The translations under genes were made by a program, and so were the position numbers. The notes under the pieces are model-generated. The model was not told the origin of the DNA. It worked only from the letters and a program-made list of their open reading frames with translations, and made no database searches. A DNA stretch of 63,269 nt, the filler included, from Rhabdomonas costata (lineage: Eukaryota): assembly GCA_019059605.1 (NCBI GenBank). It is 43 parts of 43 records of this genome, joined end to end, with 100 filler letters (N's around TTAATTAATTAA, not from the genome) between each part and the next. Parts side by side here need not be neighbours in the genome. Positions count along the whole stretch, not along the records: positions 36,842 to 38,215 come from JAHMHO010017869.1; positions 38,316 to 39,688 come from JAHMHO010017870.1; positions 39,789 to 41,159 come from JAHMHO010017871.1; positions 41,260 to 42,631 come from JAHMHO010017872.1; positions 42,732 to 44,104 come from JAHMHO010017873.1; positions 44,205 to 45,577 come from JAHMHO010017874.1; positions 45,678 to 47,051 come from JAHMHO010017875.1; positions 47,152 to 48,524 come from JAHMHO010017876.1; 35 more parts are not named here. One strand, 5' to 3'. Below are positions 37,216 to 48,624 of the stretch, piece by piece (within the stretch, counting starts at the first letter, position 1; each line of letters begins with the position of its first letter).

Positions 37216-40200
37216 CGTTCCCGGGGTCCACCTTGCGGGGATGTGGTGCCCGGTAGGACACCTTGGGGGACCGGGCCTTTAGTTGCGCCTCGCACGCATG
37301 CTCGCCATTCCTTGTTCCGCTGAGTACAATCGCGTGAATCCCAGTGGCCACCCCCACGCGATGGCTCTCGTTCCGACGTCCTTTTGTTTAACTTGAATAC
37401 ACGGTCCATGGGCGCAAGGGAAAATTAGAGAGCAAAGGGTGAGGTCGACAGTGAAAGCAAACGTGCACAACAGTAGCAAAGTCTGTCATTAACAGTGATC
37501 CCGGAATTGGATCGACCAAGTTTTGTTGGTTTTGCGAATTGGAATCAGGGGAATCAGGGTGCAGATGGTGTTGGAACCCATCGAAGTCGCTGCCCGGGCA
37601 CATCGATGCGTCAGTGGTCACTCTGCGTCAGAGGGTACCCCAGCTTGCGGGCTCTCCTTCTTTCCTGAGCCCTGATACAGCACACATCACGACCCAACAT
37701 CCCCACCAATCTCGTCCAAACACGAAACCAAGAATTCCATTCGCCGTTGCAAGAATGCCCACTAACCCTATCTTACCCACGTGCACCACCACCACGGAAC
37801 CCCGACTTGCATTATTCCAACCCCAACTCAAGATTGCCCAAACCCAGAACTCGTGAGGTACAATCTCATCAAAATTTTCATATTTTCAGCTAAAAATTGA
37901 AGTAAATATTGAAATATTGATTTTTTTGAAAACATCCAATGTTTTTTTCAAGAAAAGTTCCAAATTTTTCACAAAAAATTTGTTACCAAAGCTTTTCTTT
38001 TCGTAATCGCTCTCTCGTCGCCCCTCCCGCCCTGTCACTACGTCACAACCTCGGTCTTGTCGTCACTTACACCCAGCCTCCCTTCTTGATGGTGATGGCG
38101 GCGGCGAAATGAACCCCCCGCTTTCATTGCCGATAATTCGCAACTGAGCCGCTGTTTTATTCTAGTTTTTCCTGCTTACCTTTATTTTGTTCAGCAGCTT
38201 GATTTTGCTTTCCTTNNNNNNNNNNNNNNNNNNNNNNNNNNNNNNNNNNNNNNNNNNNNTTAATTAATTAANNNNNNNNNNNNNNNNNNNNNNNNNNNNN
38301 NNNNNNNNNNNNNNNCCCCAACCGGGCACCTGCTGGCTCCATTGTTCCTCTGGGGAAGTCCTGGTCGGGGGTGGGGCCAGAGTTGCCTTCATCGTAACGC
38401 CTAATCGAGACCAGCATGTTAGACCATGATCATGATATGGATTCGAGCCGACCTCGGTGCCTGACAGTATCCCAGCTCAGTGTATTAGCATGTCCGCTGC
38501 TTGGCGGTTTATGGATTTTCCCCTCTGCAGCGGCGGGTTCACAATATCAGACAATCGTACCTGATATGGTTGGGTTGTCGCTGCTGTTGCAGTGTGCTGG
38601 GTGACTCTGTATCGAACGTGACGTGTTTGTTTGAGAATATTGTGCCAATAAACCGCCCTTCTCTCTTGGGCAGTGCTGGAGGTGACACCGACCTCGCGTC
38701 CAGATGCACCTGCGAGGGCAGCGAATTCTGGCGCCGGCTGCGCGTTAAAAAGGCACCCTTGCGACCGTCCTTTTTCTCGTTTCCTTTCTCTCATTCGGTT
38801 CCCAGTTTTTCTTCGTGTAGTCCGCTTCTGTTCTTCTTTCGACACCCTTGTGCAAAAGTTCTTCAATAGAGCGCTGTAAAGAGGGTCCAGAGGGTTGGAG
38901 AAGGGTGGCGTACGTAGAATTAGCTATGAAAAGCGTTTACCCCACCGAAACCGTTGGACAGAATTGTACTGCAAGAGTTCTCAGGAAAATCCGTTCGTAG
39001 CGGTTATCTTGGTAGGTGTGTGATTTGTATATTCTGCACACGTTGTGCCTTTAGTGCCCACCTCGCCTCGTATTTTCACACATGGCTCTCACTGGCCGGC
39101 TGATCTGCTCAAAAAGAAAGGTCACATGATGAGTTCTCAGGATGAGCTCAAGCTCTGGCTTTTTCCCAGCAGGGTCGCTCGAACGACATTTTGTCATCCC
39201 AGTTTGAGATCCGAGAACGACTCGTCGTGATGGGGGGTGGCGGGCATCAAAACCTGCTGGATTGCTGCCAGTGGTTTTTGCACGACAAATTTAGCCCAAT
39301 GGTTCTCCAAAAAGGAATAAAATGATAACAGTCAGCATGTTGTTTTTCCGGTGTGGTTGGCAGCCATAGCTCTCCTCTCACAAAAAGGGGATCAGCCATT
39401 TCGTGTGCTGCAAGTGCGGGCAGCGGTGAAAGAGCCGCTGCCCCAGGGACGAGGTACCAGACTTCCCCAGTCGTCGCGCCATGCGAGAGCTTTGCGGAGT
39501 AAAGGGACCTACCTGTCTTTCTCACCCTTCCACTAGCTCCTAAGCGCACCCCTGCTCCTCAAACAGAAACCACAAACATAGCCAACCTTTCTTGCCACAT
39601 TGGGCCACCCACCGAGCAGGGTTGTTCTCCTGTTCTTTTCACCGTTATTACAATGACGCAAGCGTGGGTATGTGTCCCCCCCCCCCCCNNNNNNNNNNNN
39701 NNNNNNNNNNNNNNNNNNNNNNNNNNNNNNNNTTAATTAATTAANNNNNNNNNNNNNNNNNNNNNNNNNNNNNNNNNNNNNNNNNNNNGGGGTGGTGGTT
39801 CCAATATAGTGGATCAGAGGGCTTCGCTGCATGCTCTCTTCGATGCGGCCGTGGCACATACCGTTATCTTTTTTGTGTCTTGGGAAGGCATCCAACGGGC
39901 CTGGGAGGGCTGGGTCGTTTACCACGTCCAATGGGAATACCAGAAAGGAAACGGCTTGTGTGCTGTGTTTTCTCTTTTCTCACCATTCGTTTTGATTTGC
40001 TGTGCGCGTTGTGCGGTAGCATGTGGGCTGCATCTCGATGGGGCGTTTTGTCAGACGACATCCGGTCGCCATGAAAGCTTTGCCAAAAGTGTCCCTGGGA
40101 CCTCACCACCCCAAAACTACACAGACCGTTGAGCAAAAAGCTGTGCGCTTGGACCACAGTGTTGTTTCCGCGAGGGCGAGGGGAGGGGGGGTCCAGAAAG

Positions 40201-40534
40201 TACAGAAGCAGTGCAGGTCGTACCCCCTACCCCTTTCGACACACCTCCCCCAAAAGCAAGCTTCAAAAAAAGAGGGGCTTCCAAACATACACTGACAGAG
40301 AAAACCCCACTGACAGAGGACTGACAGAGAAAACCCCAAAGCGCAAAAAGCCGAATCGTCAACTGAACCTTGCAAGATCAACCTAAAAAATCCACCTCCA
40401 GATAAACATTTACAAAAAAAAAGATAACATCTCGTCTGATCCTGCAGCAAAAAAAACACATGCACGTAGAGGCGGTTCCAAAAGTGCATAGTAGATTCAA
40501 TGGCAAATCGAAGAGAGAGGAGCCGCCAGGATAC

Positions 40535-41080
40535 CTGATCTTTCGCTGAGCTCGGGAACTCTTGGGTGGGGCGGTAGACGGGCAGCACCCCGGTAGAGGC
40601 GTAGCGCAGCACCGCCGCGGGGAGGCACTGAATCTGACAATCGACCTGCAATAAGGAGAGAAAAGGACACGAAAAATTACAAACATGAAAAAAAAGTGGG
40701 TGATGAAAACCGTGACATGCCACAGGCACGTAAAAGTGAGGAAGGAGGTGGCGGAGAAATCTCACCTGCTTCGCGACGGACTCCGTGATCAGAACCGGTA
40801 CCCCAAGCGCCTTGCACGCCACCTTCTGCACCGCAACCGCCTGCCCAACAGCCTCACCCACCACCACAAACCTCTTCACTACATCGCTGCCCAGGTTGCC
40901 AAAGCTCACCGGGGAGCTCGCGATGCCCACCCGAAGCCCCAGTAGGGGAGGAGGCGCCTCCTCCTCCTCAGGGAGCTTCTCGGCGTCGGACGGGGTAGAG
41001 GTGGTTGGGCCGACGTACGCCAGTCCACGTGTGGGGAGTCCCCCCTCAGCAGCGGAGCGTCCCTCTACCGACGACACCCC
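40535..41080 (-). CDS. Class III adenylate/guanylate cyclase-like domain, degenerate; exons about 41080-40766 and 40645-40535
   Basis: LRVGIASSPVSFGNLGSDVVKRFVVVGEAVGQAVAVQ...VPVLITESVAKQ|V aligns with RIGIHxGxVxxGxxG...GDxVNxAxRL...ILISE. Confidence 0.8.
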
Positions 41081-41084
41081 AGTA

Positions 41085-41155
41085 GGGTGGCAATGGACGA
41101 TACCCCACTGCGCCTTGGAGGTGCTGGCGCAGTGGGGTATCGTCCATTGCCACCC
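41085..41155. repeat. Terminal fold-back inverted repeat (30-bp arms), probable artefact
   Basis: 41085-41114 is the reverse complement of 41126-41155 at the contig end. Confidence 0.9.
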
Positions 41156-41606
41156 CACANNNNNNNNNNNNNNNNNNNNNNNNNNNNNNNNNNNNNNNNN
41201 NNNTTAATTAATTAANNNNNNNNNNNNNNNNNNNNNNNNNNNNNNNNNNNNNNNNNNNNTGTGTTGGGAGTGTTTTGGTTGTTGGTGATTTTCAGGCCCA
41301 TCACTTTCCTGCAGGGGAGGAGCTTGCACCGGCCCAGGTCTGATTTGTCCGATGATGCTTCTTTCTACCCTTCGCAAAAAAAAAAAGAAGAAGCTACTCG
41401 CCTTTCTGGTGTTACGTGGGGTTGTGTTGACGGACGTCAGTATTGCTGTGGCGCTGGTGTTCGACCTCCTGAAGCGTTAGAAAACGGAGAAAGTGGAGAA
41501 AGTGGAATGTGGAGAGCAGATCCAGCCAATGGGTTTCTCTTGGCTCCACCTAACCCTAAAATTGGATCGCGCTCTCGCACTCCCTTCTCGTGTTCTCTTG
41601 GAGTAG

Positions 41607-42248
41607 GCTCTGCTGAGACGGGTGCGGCAGGAGTGGGAGCTGCTGCGGACCTCGCTCCCCTCGGAGGGCTTTGTGGTGAAGGCAAGCAGCGGTAACCTCA
41701 GGCAACTCAAGGCCCTGCTGGCGGGAACCCCGTATACACCCTACAACCACGGGTTTCTTTCTACTACCCCACTCTCACTTTGGGGAAGGAAGAGAGGTGG
41801 GCATGCACTCTACCTGTTTACAGTACAGTCGCGGTGCAGATGGATTCTTGTTCACGTTTGTAATGCACGTATGTTCAGATGATTTGGTCGGCATGCCATC
41901 GGTGAATATCGCAGGGCGTCGGTCCCAACGATGCGTTTCCTCACACCGCACCACAACTTCCTCCTTCCCGCCTGCCCTTTGCGGGCACCTGCCACGGCGC
42001 CTTTATTTCTCTTGCAAAAACATCACGTGTGCTTTTGCCTCACGTTTCTTATCAGATTGTTTGGGTTTGACCTGTTCCTGCCTGAGCAGTTCCCAGCCGT
42101 TCCTCCAGAGGTATTCTTCCACAGCTACGGGGTGCGGCTGAACCCCAACCTCAACCACAGGGATGGCTCTGTGTGCCTCAGTCTATTGGGAACGTGGGAC
42201 TCCCCTTTCATCCACGAGAGGTGGTCCACAAAAGCTAACCTTCTACAG
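41607..42248 (+). CDS. Ubiquitin-conjugating enzyme, UBE2O-like UBC domain; exons 41607-41752 and 42056-42248
   Basis: VRQEWELLRTSLP...TPYNHG|LFGFDLFLPEQFPAVPPEVFFHSYGVRLNPNL..DGSVCLSLLGTW, with the catalytic Cys present. Confidence 0.92.
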
Positions 42249-43644
42249 GTCTCTTCTTGGCACGGATAATTGCAGCGTTTCTTCCCTACCGTTTTTATCC
42301 TTCTTTGTGTTACCTTGAGTTGCATAAGTACCCCTCCTTGTAGTGAGTGAGCGGAAGTCCCAGATTATCAGATAGAAAAAAGGGCTGTTCAGACTATTTT
42401 TCTCGTGTGACGTCAAGCTTACGACCATTCCATTAAATTCTTTCAGCAAGCACAGCTTGTGAATACACGATGACTCGAAGCGCATTGGCTTCAGCCCCCC
42501 AAGAGAGGGTGATTTGATATGTATGGTTTCCTATGTACTCTTCTTCTTCTTCTTCTTTGCGTTTTCGTTGTGTTTCTTCCGGATGCCGTTCATCGTGGTG
42601 AAGGTGATGCTCATGGACCCACCCCAAAACCNNNNNNNNNNNNNNNNNNNNNNNNNNNNNNNNNNNNNNNNNNNNTTAATTAATTAANNNNNNNNNNNNN
42701 NNNNNNNNNNNNNNNNNNNNNNNNNNNNNNNGGGGGTTGTTAGCGCGAATCCTTCCCCCCACGCAGCAGCTGCCGTTTTGGAGGGCATCCTTCGTCCCTT
42801 TTCTGCGACCCTCCTACCCTCTCTGTATGGCCTTGCCCCCTTTCCATGATTTGTGCAAACCAAAATGGATTCCCCCGTCTTTCCCTCCCAAAAAAAAGAG
42901 AAAAAGAGCGAGCGAATGAGAGAGAGAGACAGAGAGAAATTGGATCTGAGCATGCAGGCAAAGTGAGTTTAAGCTTCGGTATAAGAAGATGAAGGGCGGG
43001 ATTTTTCGGTATTAGGGAGAGGAGATCAAAGAGAGCCCGGCATTGCAGCCTTTTTGTTTTGGGATGAGTTGTACTTTGTTCAAACTTTGGTTGGTTCCCA
43101 CCGCTGCTGCAACAATAGCTGTGGATGCGTGGTCTTGTCTTGCTTCGGGGAAGGATGATGCGCCATGGGAGACCTGTTGACTCGATAAGAGATCCATACC
43201 TCACCACGTTTGCTTCACAACTTGAGCACTGAAATGCCACTTGTCCCCACACGTAGACTCTCGCGAGGAAATGCCCCGTTGGGGCCGAAATTCGCCTATG
43301 GCCTATGGGCTCATGAGCAATGAGAATAGGTTGTTGGCCCAACTTGTATGAGCCGTGATGGTGTGGGTGGTTCGATTCTTCCGGGGTCCTGGTGGGAAAG
43401 CCCCCTAGACGTCCTATTCTAAGTTTTTTTTGCCGGTCTGCTTTCCCTATTCTTCAGGGTTTTGCCTATGCCCTCTTTTTCAAAGAGCCACTGGACTGCG
43501 TGCACCTTTCACCTCAACGCTTCGAAGTGGAATCGGTTGTGAAGTGGGAAAGCTCAGTACTTCACTTTCCTCGATTATCTTGCCCCCACCGTTGTCTATT
43601 TTCGGAGACTTGCCTTCGGATCCCAGAGGATCATTGCAATAGCA

Positions 43645-44104
43645 ATGACTTCCTGGATCAAGAATCACATTGTGAAGAAGGCGTCGCGCAAGGTCGTTCA
43701 CAAATTCCTGAAGCGCTGGCTCGAGCCGTACCTAAAGTACCGATTCGCTGAGGAACAGATCTCTGATGTTGCGCTGACGGGTTTGGAGCTGCACGATCTG
43801 GAGCTGGACGAGACCTATATCAACGCACAAGCTGCTCCGGGGTCAGCCCTTTGAATTACGCTTCGGCCGCATTGGTTCTTTCAGTATCAGATTGGTTGAT
43901 ATGCTCCAGTTCCTGGTTGAGATTAAAGGCCTGTATCTTACCTTTGAAGTGACCGGTGATCATGCAGAAGCAGATGATGTGGCTGAAACTCTCTCCCTGC
44001 CCTTGACGGAAGATTGGGTCTCGATTCCTGAGGAGCAGGAGGACAAGAATGAGGAGGCGGAGGACGAGGAGGGGGAAGTGGTGGTGCAAGGACGGCGCGC
44101 TAGC
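43645..44104 (+). CDS. ATG2/VPS13-like (Chorein_N) N-terminus with a +1 frameshift near 43820-43845
   Basis: FLKRWLEPYL...LELHDLELDETYIN in frame 0 continues as KLLRGQPFELRFGRIGSFSIRL...LVEIKGLYLTF in frame +1. Confidence 0.7.
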
Positions 44105-45014
44105 NNNNNNNNNNNNNNNNNNNNNNNNNNNNNNNNNNNNNNNNNNNNTTAATTAATTAANNNNNNNNNNNNNNNNNNNNNNNNNNNNNNNNNNNNNNNN
44201 NNNNTCACACGGGTCCGATGCATTGGGAGGAGGAGGGGGGTAGGAGGGGGAAACGGTGTGGTTCTTTCAGAAATTTCTGTTTTCTCAGAGAACAGGGAAA
44301 TACTTTCCCCGGCAATGATTGCGCACAAGGCCAACGTTCAAAGTTCGAAGACAACGCAAAAGGGGGCTGGCGGCAGGGCTGCGGATGTGTCGACACGAAA
44401 AAGAGCGCAGCTGCGAGAAAACAACAGTTACATTGGACATTTTGTAAAGGGGTACCTTTCCTGGGTTTTTCTGGTGCATTAGAGGTTGACTTCGGTGAAT
44501 TTGCCCGGGAACGGCGACGAACGGGTTCCCAGGTTGCCTAACAAAAGGGACAGAGTGATTAAGGCCAGCGCCGCGACCGGAGCGGGTCAACGGGAACGTT
44601 GCTGGGGGGGACTGGGGGAGTTTTTGTAGTAATGCGCCGCAAAAGCGATTCTCACGAGAGGGTTTTGTGGTGACCTAGACCAGCATAGTTTTGAACCTTA
44701 CCGCCTATTGTTGTGAAGCGGTTTAAAAAAGCGCTAAACGGTGTAACAAGGTTGAAACCTTTAATACCCCCTCCCCAAAGAAATGCAACAAACCGCACTC
44801 ACACACGATACAGAGTGTTTACTCCACTTTTATATTTGTCCTGCTGGTCCCATGTTAAAAACTGAGGGAAAGCACTATGTGGCCCCGTCCTGAGACATAC
44901 CTTTCAGCACAGAAGAGCTGTATACTGGCATAGCTACTTCGGCTTGTGGGTTGCTCCGGATGGGTTTTCAGAGAGGTGATGGTAGCGTTTGTTCCAGTGC
45001 AGTCCTCCCTGCAG

Positions 45015-45260
45015 AGCGTTCTGTACCCAAAGGAGGAACCCACCATGCTGGCGTGAACCCGCGATGTGGGCTGTAACGTTTCTGTCTTGTCTCTTGTGCC
45101 TCCTTGGGAAAGCAATTTAGCATTTTTTCCAGCACTGATTTTTCCTTTGCAGGTTCATGCCGTTATCGTGACCCACAGCGGCACCCTAGCCGCGCTGGAG
45201 GGCGAGTACGTCGTTATCCATTGGAACGCCGCGAAGCGCTGTGGCACGGGGCGGCTTCAG
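45015..45260 (+). CDS. Unknown protein; exons 45015-45050 and 45153-45260
   Basis: SVLYPKEEPTML|VHAVIVTHSGTLAALEGEYVVIHWNAAKRCGTGRLQ; CAG acceptors, GC and GT donors, phase 0. Confidence 0.5.
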
Positions 45261-46185
45261 GTGCGCATCCCTCGCCGATATGACGAGTAACCCCGCAAAG
45301 GAGCGAGGGCCCAGGCAACTCAATGAGCATGGGACCTCAGTAGGTTCAAGCCTTCGATTGAAGTGCAGAGATAAAGTTATGATGAAGCGATCTCAGCCCA
45401 AAAGAGAGTGGTTGTCCCCCTTCGCTTCACTCTACGCCGAGAATCTTTTGGTCAGCACCCGCTTAACTTCTGCCCGTAGGTGTTTCTTTTGTCGAAATCC
45501 GGCGGCACTGAATGTAATTTGCTCTCTGTGCCGCTTCTGTACTTTGCCCAGCTCCCCACCCCTGTACCACAACCCACNNNNNNNNNNNNNNNNNNNNNNN
45601 NNNNNNNNNNNNNNNNNNNNNTTAATTAATTAANNNNNNNNNNNNNNNNNNNNNNNNNNNNNNNNNNNNNNNNNNNNGTGTCAGGGCTTGTGCTGTGGGT
45701 CGATGTGTCGTTGCTGTTAGGTCCGTGGGGTTCATGCTGCGTTGGTCTGTGAGTCGAAGGGAGAGTGTGGGCAATGTCAAGCTGAGTACCATGGTCTGTG
45801 TGTTAGTGTGTGTTCTTGGGCTCTGTGTGTGGTTGGAGGGTGGGTCGTGGCATTTCGTGTCTGAGGTTCTGTTGGTTGCTGGTGGTGTGTGTCAGTGCTT
45901 TGTCAGTGCTTGTGTGTGTCAGTGTCAGAGGGGCTACGTGTCAGGATCTTGGGGTTACGTGTGAGGGTTTCGTGTTCTTGGCTTCTGGGTGTCATGGTTT
46001 GTGTCTTTCTGTGTCAAGGGCTGTATCCTGGTCTCATGATGTTGGTGTGTAGGGCTTCGTGTTCTTGTTTCTTGGGGTGTGGTGGTTGGGGTTGGGGTTG
46101 GTGAGGTAAGGCTAAGGGTAAGCGTATCAGCATGACTCTAGGGGAATAGAGATGCTAAGATGCTAAGATGACCCTAGATGCCAAG

Positions 46186-46957
46186 ATGCCCTCCTACTCC
46201 GCTACGCTGCGTTCCTTGCACCTGATGCCTTTACTCCTCCTACTACGGATGGATCGCTACGCACCCATCCTTCGTGTATTCTATGCGTAGGGTATACTCC
46301 GATGCATGACATCCTCCACTTGGGGACACGTACCACTCTCTACTACGGCATGTCGACAAGCACCATGCCTTCGTTCCTTCCACCCTCTATGCCTTCAGAG
46401 TGAGAAAGAGGGTGTAGGGATGATGCATGACTGTACTATGCTTGTGTGTTGGATGCTTGAGGGGTGTTTCTTGCCTTCTTGAGGTCACGGTTTCTGAGGG
46501 TAGGGTGGATTTTAGGACGTAGGGGCATTTCTATCTGCGATGCCCTCTACTACGGATGGCTATGAGGGGATTCCTACCGCAGGTGCCTTGACCTCTACTT
46601 CTACGGGCATGCCTCCTGACGTCGACATGCCCTCCGATACCCTAGTGATGGAATACCCGATGCAAGGCACAAGGGGACCCAGATAAAAGGTGTGATGTCG
46701 GTCGATGCCTACGTCATCTCCCTCCTAAATGTGATGGTTCACTCACTCCACCAGCCTAAGCTGCTTACGTTCGTTCACCAAGACGTCAGCATTCTCAGGT
46801 CTTCGAATGCTTCCTCTGTATGATGGTTCGTTACGCCACCATAAGGTGCCTCCACTCACAGAACCCGAACTCAGAAGACAGAAGAAGGAACTCAGAACTC
46901 AGACGTCAGGATGCTCAGGCCTTCGCATCCTTCCTCTGATGTTGGTTCGTTCCGCCG
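46186..46957. repeat. Non-coding array of short hairpin cassettes (two families)
   Basis: CTACTAC-stem-loop-stem-TTCG units at 46237, 46337 and 46593; AGACGTC-stem-loop-stem-TCCTCTG units at 46781 and 46901; no ORF of 60 aa or more in any frame. Confidence 0.8.
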
Positions 46958-47967
46958 CTAATTTGATTTGGTGATTTGCCAGGATACCATCAACAACCGT
47001 GAATAACTCCCCATCCCTGCAAATGCAGGGAAACAAAAAAACCCACACACCNNNNNNNNNNNNNNNNNNNNNNNNNNNNNNNNNNNNNNNNNNNNTTAAT
47101 TAATTAANNNNNNNNNNNNNNNNNNNNNNNNNNNNNNNNNNNNNNNNNNNNGGGGTTGGGGGCGTCGGGGTCGTCCAGCGCCACCCCTCACTGCCCGGGC
47201 TGTGCGAAGCCCCTGTGCCCTCGGGGAGAGGCCTGCGGGTTCTCGCTGCAGAGCCATGTGCTGCAGCACTGCCACACCGCGGCGCACCCGGAGTTTCCGT
47301 GCCGCGCTGCCAAGCACTGAGTAGGGCTTTCGGTGACCTTGTCTATAGAGAAGACAAATGGAGAGAGAGGGGGGGGACACTGTTCCTGTGCTGTCTCGGA
47401 CTCAGTCGTTGAAGGCTCTTCTTTTGAATGCCTTGCTGCAGACTCGTTTGATGCTACGACATCCGCAAACATTTGCATTTGGCAACGTTCCCCCTCTCCA
47501 CACAGATATTGAGCTCACAAATAAGTCGCTCGATGTGCTTAGTAGGTGGATGCGCACCGCTGCGTGAGTCCCAGGGGATGCAATGCAAAGAAAAATATTG
47601 GGTTGTTATCGTTAGAAAGCAATCCGGGATCAACGCATAATGTTCACAGAGAAAGTGTGCTCCCAATGGGGGCAATGTGTCCCTGATGCCCCCCATCGCC
47701 AAACATTTTTAAGGAGCAGCATATCCAATTTCTCAGTTGGAACGTGGCTACAAAGCCGAACACACCAAAATTGAGGTTCAATTTTGTCTAAACTCGTCCT
47801 TTTTCTCTCATCCTGCCATTCCCCTTTTGTTATACCCTGGTCGCTACCTTGTCAGCTGCTGGGTTTGTGTTCCGCTGCTAATGGCCGATGCTGCACTTGA
47901 GGCGAGCCGGTCCACCTGTGAAAGCATCTTTAGGTATAATGGTGCAGCACTTCGGCCGTAAACCGTT

Positions 47968-48171
47968 ATGGTTGCCCTGCGACCCGTGCTGCACCTGTTG
48001 GCTCTGTTTGGGGTGTGCCTTGTGGTGATCTCCACCCGGTCTCTGCACTCCCACCGCGCTCGGCGCCGGGCGACCGCACAGCCACCACCAGCTCCCCTTG
48101 GCAACGCAAGCGCTAGCTCGCCTGCCTTCCCCGACCGGGTGCTCCCGAAAAATCGGCCGTCGCTGAGGTTG
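47968..48171 (+). CDS. Possible first exon of a type II membrane or secreted protein
   Basis: MVALRPVLHLLALFGVCLVVISTR signal anchor followed by a Pro/Ala-rich stem. Confidence 0.35.
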
Positions 48172-48624
48172 GTGCATAGGGACGCTGCATGCTATTGATT
48201 CTGGTTCGACGAGAATTGTTTTTGTTTTTTGTTTTGCGTTGCAGCTGTTTCCCTGGTAAACGTTTGCCCCGTTTGATGTTGCGGTTTGCCTGAAACGAAA
48301 TGTTGTTTAGGAGCGCTTCAACCCGTTTACACGTTTACCCGGTCCCTGACCCCTTAAGTCATACGCAACGTCCCCCTTGTTGGTCCCCACCACCACTACC
48401 CTCGCGCCACTCCCTGTGACCACCTCCAGACTTACAATTACATACAGACTTACAATATCTGGTGGACTTCATTTAGGGTCAGGCCGTGCGAATGGCCAGT
48501 TAGTTCCCCATCCGCCCACAACACNNNNNNNNNNNNNNNNNNNNNNNNNNNNNNNNNNNNNNNNNNNNTTAATTAATTAANNNNNNNNNNNNNNNNNNNN
48601 NNNNNNNNNNNNNNNNNNNNNNNN

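Noticed and set aside
43330-43392. tRNA or tRNA-derived SINE (GGTTCGATTC B-box-like word)
   Set aside because: No convincing A box, acceptor stem or cloverleaf; the A-box-like word near 8427 likewise lacks a B box.
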